A stretch of DNA of 63,987 nucleotides, filler included, from Dirinaria sp. TL-2023a (Eukaryota): NCBI GenBank assembly GCA_051941275.1. It is 5 parts of 5 records of this genome, joined end to end, with 100 filler letters (N's around TTAATTAATTAA, not from the genome) between each part and the next. Parts side by side here need not be neighbours in the genome. Positions count along the whole stretch, not along the records: positions 51,885 to 63,987 come from JAVEBF010000791.1; 4 more parts are not named here. One strand, given 5' to 3'. The position numbers and the translations under genes were made by a program. The notes under the pieces were generated by a model. That model searched no databases and had not been told where the DNA came from. It saw nothing but the letters and a program-made list of their open reading frames with translations. Positions within the stretch are counted from its first letter, which is position 1, and every line of letters begins with the position of its first letter. Positions 51,885 to 62,332 of the stretch are shown here, in pieces.

Positions 51885-53032
51885 CCCCAAAAGGGAGGGG
51901 AAGGAATGGAAGGAGAGGGTGGGCGCGGGGGAAAGGAAGGTGAGAACGCTGAGCCATCAACTCTCCCTCCAGGCTCGAGTTCTTGTGAATCATGTTCGTG
52001 CATTATCTAATTTTTTCTTCATATATTGCAAAGGATTTTTGGGACCACCAATTTGAAGGAGAGAATTGTAAGGTAACAGCGCTATATCTCTCGAAAACAA
52101 ATACCTTACCCAAAAACTTCAACCGACGAGACCCTGTTCTTTTATTGTTCCCCGTCTGTGCATAATCACAGTAAATAGTCTACCTACCTAACTACTCTAA
52201 CCTGATAATTTCAATAAGTCCTGTCAAGCCTACCTTACTAAAAAAAATACCTAGCGTCCGTATTCCTCGAATACAGCTAAGACGCCTCTGCAGGTAGACA
52301 GCATATACAGATACCTTCCGTCTCAAATCCTTTCCGCAGCGCCAATTCGAGATTTCAAGTGCGCGTATAAACTGATGGACTGGGTTTCATTCAAACTTCC
52401 CACAAGCAAATGAGCAATCACAATCTTTTGGACAATCCTCAAGACATTAATCCTCATATAGATAATATCGATGCCAGCGAAATATACAGATCCCAGCGAG
52501 GCTTCGCAAACGATGTTGTTGATATCGGCTCAGAATATCGTTTTGGAACAGTTACTAGCACCTTTATCCGGCCCATTTCGGTCAAAACCAAATGATCTCA
52601 GCTCAAGAAAAGGAGGTGATATTTGTGAGAGACGACGCATGGTTACATACATATGGCTGATGCAATTTGAGTTTATACGTGAGACACTGCTTTGTTTTCG
52701 AGGGTTTAGTTGAGATCGCGTGTAGCAGGAAAAGGCAGGGAGAATGTTGTTGAGTATGTGCATGTTCTTCAAGAGACGGAAGCCAGTCCTGATATTATCC
52801 TAGATGTACAGATTCGCATTGAAGCAAGTTCCGGTACAGTACAGTCTCGGCTGTAGACAGGGTCGGGAGTTTGAGGCCTCATTTATGAACTCCGTCGCTA
52901 CGCTGTAGAGTTTTGGGAGGTAGGCAGTCGGAAGTGGGAGGGAAGTGGGAGGGTTTGGTAATTGCTGAGAATGGAGAAGGGAAGGAGGGAGGGAGGAAGG
53001 GAAGGGAAGATAAGGGGGTAAAGAGTGGAATT

Positions 53033-53405
53033 CAGAAGTATAGGTTGAATGTAAAAGGGGGGAAGAGAGGGTAAAAATCGAGTTGCGGGGATTGGAAGAC
53101 ATGGCCAAGTAAGTAAGCGATGATGATTAGAACTTGTGATGGCATTGCACACTTCTGAAATGATGAGAATGAAGCTCTGCAAATGATTAGCGCAGATACG
53201 TATCTCAGAAGTATAGGTTGGATGTAAAGAGTCGGAGAAGGGAGACTATGCAGCAAAACGAGGTGAAAATCGAGTTGGTGGAGATTTTGGAACATGGTCA
53301 AGTAAGCAAGGTATGATGATTGGGACTTGTGATGCATTGTAACTTTAAAGGGGAAGGTCATGATGAGAATGAAGCTCTGCAAATGATTAGCGCAGATACG
53401 TATCT
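53033..53405. repeat. Tandem duplication of ~175-200 bp
   Basis: Units 53033-53205 and 53206-53405 both start cagaagtataggttg and end in an identical 46-mer atgatgagaatgaagctctgcaaatgattagcgcagatacgtatct. Confidence 0.88.
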
Positions 53406-53579
53406 GTGCAAAGACTTTCGATATTATTGATACACTAGTATCAGCAGCAGCAGCAGCATGTCTGGCCCATAATCTGTCCTCTTGAGCTGAGAACCTAGAA
53501 ACCCTCAACCAGTTGTGTCAACAACCGTTAATTTCTTTCCTCCTTTATCAGAGACCAGAGGGCATATGCCTTGCTGCTG

Positions 53580-54704
53580 TCAACCCGTGGATTCACATCG
53601 CATCCTGTTCGTATCAGTATCTGCAAGGCAGTGGATTTGGAATTTGCTTACTTCAGACCAGACTTTATCCTCATCCTCAATCCCGCAGATCTCATCCAAT
53701 TCGACGATGAGGGAGAGCGCCGTAGTCTGGAGCCAGTCGTGGAAAGACTTCCATCCTACAACCTTGACCCTCGTGAGCACAGAAAGGGACACTTCGATGA
53801 GCGAACACGACAGGATTTTCAAGAGCTGTCGATCATCGACAGTCATGTTCATGATTCGACTTTCGATCCTGTCCATCGCGACCTTGAAGTCCTGCTGCTT
53901 TATGAGGAGCTTGGCGGAATAGATCCGGTTTGCTTGGTCTTCACTAGCCCACCGGACGTGAACGCTGCGATGCTGCAACTCCAGATCTGCAAGCCCAGGC
54001 CATGATTGCGCGTATTTGATCTTGGAGCAAAGGATTTCCCGCATCCAACCAAACATCTTGGCTGTTAAGGGTGACGGCCCGCCGCGGTGAAGGCTGGTGT
54101 TAAGATCTAGTCCCACCGAGCTGGCTTCCAATTCAGCGATGAATTTCGGCGTCAGATCCCGGATACTGGTGTCGACTGCCAGGTGTTTGATCAAGGCTCG
54201 GTGATGCGGCTGTAAATTGTCAAAGTATTGCGAGGATACTGAGAGCAGACCGGGAGCCAGATGGAAGGTATTGCGATCATAGAACATATAATATCCTTCG
54301 CAATAGAGTTGTTTGCAGGACGCAAGCACTTGGCAACCGTATTTGATCGGCTGCTGAGCTTGGTATATCTGGAGTACGTCGTAGAGATACGGATAGCGGA
54401 GTCGCTTGATGATCGTTTCAATACTATCCTGGGCACGAAGCAACCTCCTAGCCTTGGTGACGAGGGCGGATGGTTCTGCTGGAAGATAGATGTCTTTGGG
54501 AACAAGAACGTACTCCAGGATTCGAGTACGAATTTCTGCTGGGAGGCGGAGGACACTTGGACGTCGGTTGTTGCGAGGAACAGATGAGTTCCATGATGAG
54601 GCTCGCGCAAGGATGTATATTGAAGAGGGATCGATGCGGCGACGCGTGTAATTTGAGCATGATGCCGTCGAAGGCTCAGAGCGTTGATTGCTCGTGCCCG
54701 ACAT
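53580..54704 (-). CDS. Hypothetical 374-aa protein with an F-box-like N-terminal motif
   Basis: Intronless ORF. LRLPAEIRTRILEYVL and VLASCKQLYCEGYYMFYDRNTFHL are typical of fungal F-box-like/DUF7730-type proteins. Confidence 0.7.
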   Translation of the reverse strand: MSGTSNQRSEPSTASCSNYTRRRIDPSSIYILARASSWNSSVPRNNRRPSVLRLPAEIRTRILEYVLVPKDIYLPAEPSALVTKARRLLRAQDSIETIIKRLRYPYLYDVLQIYQAQQPIKYGCQVLASCKQLYCEGYYMFYDRNTFHLAPGLLSVSSQYFDNLQPHHRALIKHLAVDTSIRDLTPKFIAELEASSVGLDLNTSLHRGGPSPLTAKMFGWMREILCSKIKYAQSWPGLADLELQHRSVHVRWASEDQANRIYSAKLLIKQQDFKVAMDRIESRIMNMTVDDRQLLKILSCSLIEVSLSVLTRVKVVGWKSFHDWLQTTALSLIVELDEICGIEDEDKVWSEVSKFQIHCLADTDTNRMRCESTG

Positions 54705-55493
54705 TTTAGAGCTTCATCAAATGGAGATAATGGAACGCGACATACGAGAACTGATAGCTCAGATCATCTGCGATGATAATATTCTATGGCTGAACAGTGT
54801 TATAGTGAACAAATCAAAATCAACAAACACGGCTGTGATGACACTAAGCGCCGCTAAACATGAATAGACGAGAATAGACGAGAATAGACAAGATATGCAT
54901 TATCGCAGTCCTGCACAATAATGTTTGTGCAGTCATTATATCAAAAGCAAGTTCCTGGGGAACTTACTGTGACTGTGGATCAGAAGAGCGATCATAATCA
55001 CGATAACTAACGCCCCGCTGATACGAAACGATGTTTGTGCCTGCCTTTATTTTCTCATTTCTCGATAAGCTTGGGCTAAGTTTAAAGGCTCGAAACAGCC
55101 TGCACTACAACTTACGAATCATGTCCAGCCTCGCATCATCCTGAGGCTCCATCTGTAAAGGAAAGGAAGCATAATACCTTAGCGAATTAAGATAATGCCA
55201 AGTTTTCGATTGGATTATGCAACCAAGTCTCGCTTACAAAGAGCTATCGAACCTTTGCAACCCCTGAAAAGTTAGGAAGTGCCTGTTAATCATACCTTAG
55301 TCTTCGAAAAACGATCAACTACATGGCAATTTCCAAGACGCTGGAATCGGTAATGAAAGTGCGCTGGAGTTGAAAGAGGATGGTAACTGCATGTCCTCTG
55401 TCCCAGTCAGGAGGAAGATGAGTATCCTGTGGCGAACTAATAGTAGTATCTAAGGTAGGTATTACACCCCTACTGTATCCGATAGGACATCTC

Positions 55494-56998
55494 TCACTTC
55501 AGATCTCCATTCGGATGGATCAAGACCTTCGTATAGCCCTCGATCCTCTTATCAAACTTCTCATAAGCGGTCGGCGCCTCCTCGATCGCGATCTCGTGGG
55601 AGACGACAAAGCTTGGATCCGCTTGGCCCGAGATAATCATATCCCTTAGATACCGGTTGTACTTTTTGACGTTGCATTGGCCTGTTCCAATCGTGAGACC
55701 CTGGAGTTTCTGATTAGCTTTTTCTCCCATCTTCCTTTCATCACCTGCAACCGAAATCTTCTTTGCAAATTATAATGCAATGTATGAGATAGAGCAGGGT
55801 AGAAACTTTACCTTCTCGAACAGCTTCCCAAAACTCAACCTCATCATCCCCCTCTTACTATCCTCATCCACGGCTCCAGGATCACTGGGTACATATAGTC
55901 CTGGAACTCCTATGCCTCCCGTTGGCCGCGTGACCATGATGCACTGCTCCATGACTACATTCGGCACCTCGCTTCCTTCCTTCCCACTTGCCTGGTAACC
56001 GACACAATCGATACTGCGATCCACCATCCCACCATTACGTTTCAAAATCTCTTCCACAGCATCCACCTTCCCAAAATCAATCCCTTCGCAGCCAGGGATT
56101 TTATCCGCTGCGGCGAGGCGCTCGGGAACCCGGTCGATCACGAAGACCCTCGCCGCGCCGCGAAGAGAAGCACTATAGGCGGCCATGAGGCCGACGGGCC
56201 CCGCGCCAAAGACAGCGACCGATTCGCCAGGCGAGAAGTGCGAGAGCGTGAGGCCGTGCCAGCCGGTTGGGAAGATGTCCGCGAGAAGCGCGAAGGAAGA
56301 CTCGTGCTTCGTACCCGGGGGGAGGATGAGGGCATTGAAGTCAGCGAAGGGGACGCGCAGATATTGTGCCTGTTCCTGCCCGTCAGGAGAGTTCCACGTG
56401 AGGCGTTGAATTTACGTGGGACTGGGGCTGCACGGAGGGTTGAAAACCTGAGAGGCAAAATTCAGAGCAGAAAAGGGGTACGGACCTGCCCACCAGCGTA
56501 AGGGCCCATAGCGACGTAGCCATATGCGCCGCCTGCGAAACCCGGGTTCACGCCGGTGCAGAAGGCAGTCCTCCCTTCCTCACAATTCAGGCAACGGCCA
56601 CAAGCGACGTTGAAGGGCATGACGACACGATCACCTTTCTTGAGGAGGGTCACGCCTTGGCCGATTTGCTCGACGATGCCCATATTCTCATGGCCTTAGC
56701 AAATCGTGTCAGCGAGTACATTGTCCTACATGATAAACGAACGAAAAGCGAAAGAAGACGGCTAACCGAAGATGAGGCCGCTTTGGGCTGCTGTCCGGCC
56801 CTGGTACATGTGCAGGTCACTGCCGCAAATGGCTCGAGATGCCGTCAGTCTGGCGGGTTCGAGTGGGAGCTCTCAGTGGCAGGGGATACCAGCGGTTGTG
56901 ACCCTGACGATCGCATCGTCTGGGTGCTCGATCTTGGGTTGGGGCACTTTTTTGACGCTGACTTGGAAAGGTCTCTCGTAGTGGACTGCTTTCATCAT
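55494..56998 (-). CDS. Zn-dependent medium-chain dehydrogenase, glutathione-independent formaldehyde dehydrogenase-like
   Basis: AICGSDLH, GHENMG, CGRCLNC..C, DIFPTGWH, GAGPVG, PGLYVPSDPG and GTGQCNVKKYNRYLRD. Four introns. Confidence 0.88.
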
Positions 56999-57921
56999 GG
57001 TGGCTGTTGTAGAAGGTATCGAGGAATTCCGTGCATGCGATTCAGAAGTTTGAGGAGCAAAACCATTTTAGACGTGACAGTAGAAAATTGATTTTTATAG
57101 GTTTTAGATACTTTGATACGTCAGCGGTATGACCGTAGATTTTGGTGGGTTACTGTATGCTTAGGGAAGGTGATGCGGGGCTCCTGTTTGCGGGGTAAAT
57201 AGTCCGACCTTTCCAGCTTTGAAGGCCAGATGTTCGAAGCTGTTCTCCAGATGGGCTGGGCCAAAGTCTACTTATTCCTTTAGCTAAAGGCAGACGCGAA
57301 ACAGTGCTGGCTACGGTATTGATTGATCAGCGAATCGGAATGCATTCAGGGGTAAACCTCGCCCTGCGAAAGGCGCCCGCGGGAACCGTGTTCAAGGAAA
57401 TATCACAATGCGCCGGCTTCCATGCACGTGTGAAATGAGACTGAATTGTAAGCTAATGGGCATACACAGGTATCACTGCTTGTAGATATCTCTCCTATCA
57501 ACAAAGCCTCATCTAGATCAGGGTAGAGCCCCTAGTCGGGGCAAACACAACGCCAGGGTTGAGCATGCTATGCGAGGGAATCAGGGATACATGACGGTGA
57601 ATCTCGTGCTCGTCGAATGGTCGTAATAAATGGGGCTTTGGGGTGGTTGGAACGGTGTATTATCGTGCTGCTCGTGTTCGTCCAAGGGTCGTGGGAAGTG
57701 TTGCTGGGGAGGGACTAGGGTGCGGATGCTGGTGACAGCAGTTTTGGCGGCTCCCGAGAGCTACTGTAGTTTCACAAGGTACAGCACTTTCGGAAGTAGC
57801 CAGTATGGATCTATTGCAAGAGCTCCTTCGTCGCGCACGACCTGAAAGCCGTGGGAGAAACCAGGCTGTTCAGCACAGTCCAGGCAGCTCCGTTGATGTT
57901 CGCATGCTTTCATGGACTCAT

Positions 57922-59851
57922 TCACATGTCCATTGAATCGCCTCCATTGGCGAAGCTGAAACCTGGGCCCTGCTGCTGCTGATTGAAACCGAATCCTGGC
58001 TGATTAGTCATGTCCACAGGGGCTTCCTCCTCGTCCGAAAAGTATTTGCCGATAATGTTGAAGGCTTTCATGTAGATCTCTTCGTTGACATTGTTCTGGC
58101 AATCGTGGATCTTCTCCATACCCCCGGCCTCTTCGATGAACAGTGCGTAGCGGTTCACATTCTGCTCCGCAGCACCCTCGGAAGCCTCTTTGTCCATATC
58201 TCCCACCTTCAGAATATTCTCCAGCCCATCCAAAGCCACTTGAATGATCTTGTTATCAGGGCAACCCAATAAATCACACAAGGGCTTGATACAGCCTTGC
58301 TCGACCAAGTAACGAATCTGTTCCGGCTTTTGAAGGCCCCCTGACGTGGCATTGGAAATAGCCCAACAAGCTTCTTTACGCGTCTTGAAGTCTCCATTGG
58401 ACAGCAGGTTTATCAGAGGAGGGATGATATTCGCGTCAATCACTGCCTGGATCTGTGTAGAATTTCCAGCAGTAACATTCGAAATCGTCCAACACGCCTC
58501 CTTTCGGATACCATCTTTGCTCGATCCAAGTAATTGTAGCAACGCCGGGAGCGATCCGCAATTGATGATGATCTGAGTTTGTACATCATCCCCAGTCACA
58601 ATGTTACCGACCGAGCGAAGGGCTGGGGTCTGGACGGAGGTCGAGGCATGCTGAAGCAGTTCCACGAGGCGACGAGGAATGCCAGCCTCGATGACCGCTT
58701 GGATCTTATCGTTGGCGCCATCGGAGAGGTAAGAAATCGCCCAGCAGGCGTCGATAAGGACCTCATCATCAAGCGAGTACACGAGCTTCGCAAGAACAGG
58801 AAGAGCCGGCAGAATCTGCTAAAACACTCAACATGTTACGAACTTTACCATTGGGCGCTAAGGGCAATGAACTTACTGCTTGCCAGTCCGGTTGTGGGGT
58901 CTTGCCACGGCAGAAGTTGCTCAAGGTCCAAGTAGCGTTACGCAGCATGCTCAGCTTGCGACTATCGCCCAACAGGGCAAGCAGGGGACGCAAAGCACCA
59001 GCCTGCAAGACAAAATCCCTACAGTGAGGGCTATCTCCAGCAATATTTCCCAAGGCCCACACAGCCTGCTCTCGGACATCCGGCTCATGACTGCTAAGGA
59101 GCTCGACGAATATGGGTACGGCACCAGCGTTGATCACCTGCTGGGTTTGCTGAGCTGAGCCGGAGGCAATGTTGGTCAAAGCCCATGCAGCCTCAAATTG
59201 TACAAGGGTGTGAGGCGACCGCAGGAATTCTACGAAGCGGCTGACGACGCCTGTCTCGATGACCTTTTCGATCGGCGGATTCCGTTCTTTCGAAAGGAGT
59301 TTGCGGAATTTCGTGGTAGCCTGAATTTGCTGATCGATCTCGGTTGAGAAAACCCCCTGCACCATCTGAGGCAGTTCGGTGGTAAGCTATATTCGAGATA
59401 AGTCAGCATCTTGTCTTCTTGAAAGAAGACAGCGGACGGCATCTCCAACGACTGGCATAGCCAACGATCGCGGCACGCGACGGACTCGAGCCCAGGATAG
59501 TGACTCGGGGCTACGCATTAGCGACGTAGGTCTTTATCAGGAAAAGCGGATTTCTTGGCCTCGAGAAATATGTTGTTTGCAGCGCAAAGAAAGTTGTAGA
59601 CGTACCTGACTCTCAATCGTACCACCTTCATCGTCACTGTCCACGGAAGCGCCCAAAGAAGCTCCAAGTGCCGTGGTTTGGGAGCCATCTCGTGCAGTGA
59701 TGCCTCTCCGCTTAGCTAGATTCTCTTCTCGCTTGGCCTTGCGGATCTCGACTTGTTGTTCTTCGCGACGTCGACGAAGCTCATCAGGCTTGAAGGTCTT
59801 ATTGGCCTTGAACTGCGTGCGGCGATGCTCGGGTATGTAGCGTTCGGCCAT
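57922..59851 (-). CDS. SRP1: Importin subunit alpha (karyopherin alpha)
   Basis: IBB domain [26 protein letters not shown] and ARM repeats ([33 protein letters not shown]). Introns 59387-59605 and ~58817-58875. Confidence 0.96.
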
Positions 59852-61332
59852 TACGTGGATTGAAACTTCAGCTTAAGCTGGACAAAGGCTGTTGAGGATG
59901 CCCAGTATCAGCAGTAATCGATGGAAATGCCGTAAGGAGATTCGGTTGCAGTAATTCACAGGGGTTGTAGGGAGCGGATGTGTAAGGTTACAAGGTAGGG
60001 CAGAGTTGCGGCTTCTGTTTTCAGATGCCTGCTTCGTGCTACCGCCTAAAGTGGCAAAGCGCCAAGCTGACGCTCAACACCTCCCAACACCGGGTTCTTG
60101 GCGACACATGCAAAATCTCTACCTTAGTCTCTACTCGCTCGCAGGTAAAACATCAGTGAGGTAAAGGAGGCACCATGTACCTTACCTATTTCATCACTCT
60201 GAAATCGCCTGTGAGTCTCAACACGAGAGATTAACGTCTTCGGTGAAATTACTTCGAGGTCGTATTCATCTCCTGATGACATCGTCTGCTCATGGTCGTT
60301 TCCTTCTGCTTTCAAGTCTGATAGAGTACTCGAAACTCGTACTGGATACAATGGTCAATCCTTCAAAGATCCTATTCATCTCTCTTTCAAAGAGAATTTT
60401 GGAGAATTTCCCAATCTTTTCTATCAATTCATCATGTAATGGAATCATCCATTGCAAAATTTCAGTTTTCCCTATCTTGATACATAGGTTTTATCACCGT
60501 ACTCTATTGCCATGGGTGCGCGACTGTAAGCTAAAGTCAGGCCTTGACAGCTAAGAAGACTGGGACATTGATCATACTTCGTTGCCTGATTTCATTCTAG
60601 CCACATTCTCAATTGATTGTCAAGTAGCTTTTACTACGGATAATAGTGATTTGTATTTAATTGGGCCAAAAGACCACAGACAATGGTCCGATGGACCAAC
60701 CACTACTATGGCCACTTATCTTCGAGAAGCTATACCACGTTCTTCTATTTCACGGTCATCGAGCAGACAGCTCTACGTCCCGCACGATTGAGTTATTTCT
60801 AGATTAATCGATGCTGATAGTAATGATAATCATTTACGATACGGATTTCTCAACATGATTCTACACTGGAGCTATTGCTGGTTTCGATCTTGGATCTTGA
60901 GGCAAAAGAAGGCTTACAGAAGTAATGAACTCAGGTATCTTACACAAAGGATCCCCAACGACACATAAAACGTGCACTCCATTATGGTCACACTGCATTA
61001 CCTTAGGTAAGGCATCTCACTCGCAAATGCGGTGCCGCAAAACCAACGAGAGCTGTAACTTCTCAACATGACTTTTATGCCCACGACGATGATCTATCGG
61101 CCGAACGCTGCTTTACCACGCATTGCAAAGCGCTCTCGACCTTCCAATCACGTAAGGTAACGCAAACATCAGGCCTTACCGTAACAGGTAACATTTTTCG
61201 AGCGCAATGGCCAGCTTCGTGCTGGTCTATACTGTGTAATAAATATTGGAACGAAGACAGGATTTATAAGACACTTTCTATCCATTGAATTGCACACCCC
61301 ATTCGCGTATTGGTCGTTTTTCGATAAACATC

Positions 61333-61986
61333 ATGACTTTCAAGGTCTCAGAGGTGGATCTGGACAAGGATTGGGGCGAATTTTTTGCCGCTGAATGGGC
61401 AGCGTGGATGCATCTGCCTCAGGCCTTCTGGGAGGTCTTCTTTCCCATTCTCGGCAGTGGGCATGACGCGGAAGTCGTAGCCAAAAGAGAACGCGCAGCT
61501 CGCCAGCTTCAAGGTAGCAGGGCAGATCCCCCCACGATCAATGGATTAAAGTCGTGGATACGGACACCGGCAAGATGATCGCAGGGGCGCTCTGGAAGTT
61601 CCACGATACAAACCCTTATCGGGCACCACTGGATACTTTTCGACGCTCTCTGGTGGCCGGCAAGAGAGCTGAGAAAATTTTGTAACGAAATGTACACGCA
61701 GCTACGATCATGGAGGCCGAAGACGATGGCAGACGCGCACGCCTGTTAGTACTCCGGTAAACCAAAAAGTCTCTTCAAGCTGGTTGATCAGTCCACAGGG
61801 CTCAACATACTCTTCACTCATCCTGACTATCGAGATCAGGGAGCGGCAGGACTGTTGGTGCACTGGGGAATAGAACAAGCTGACAATTTGGGCATTGAGG
61901 CCTACGTAGAAGGTAGTTATTTGTGGAGAAGCGTGTACGAGAGACATGGGTTTGTCATGATGCAGTCGAGTCAGTCTAATTGGTAA
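61333..61986 (+). pseudogene. GNAT-family acetyltransferase, frameshifted and C-terminally short (pseudogene or sequencing error)
   Basis: WIKVVDTDTGKMIAGALW, LNILFTHPDYRDQGAAGLLVHWG and AYVEGS..VYERHGF. A -1 shift in the C6 run (~61528-61533), a +1 shift in the T4 run (~61637-61640), and one intron near 61745-61798. Confidence 0.75.
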
Positions 61987-62183
61987 AACCCTGAAATTTT
62001 AGGTCTCCCGCGCCAAGCGATAAAGGGGGGCATCCAAGGGTCTGCGACTATCAGTGATATTCGCGTGATCCCTCATCGAACATCCTCAGGGAGCTCCAAG
62101 ACATTATAATATCCGTGGTAACTCCACAAAACACTGGCAAGCACTAATAATCTTGAGAGATATCAGTGGTAAGTGTGGGGGAA

Positions 62184-62248
62184 TCGCGAATTCACGAGAT
62201 CTCGTCTGTACACAAAGAAGTCGCGTCGTCAATTGACGCGACTACTTC
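62184..62248. promoter_or_regulatory. Cluster of palindromes and CGCG cores upstream of POT1
   Basis: TCGCGA (62184-62189), ACGAGATCTCGT (62194-62205), and AGTCGCGTC...GACGCGACT (62219-62243) around CGTCAATTGACG. Confidence 0.35.
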
Positions 62249-62332
62249 ATAATACAATGCTTCGCCTGTGAGAACTTCGATTTCATAAGTTTCCTTGGAC
62301 ATTCCTTAGTACTGTTATTTATCACTACTACA

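Noticed and set aside
54862..54891. GAATAGACGA x3 direct repeat upstream of the F-box-like gene
   Set aside because: A short slippage-type repeat with no evidence of function.
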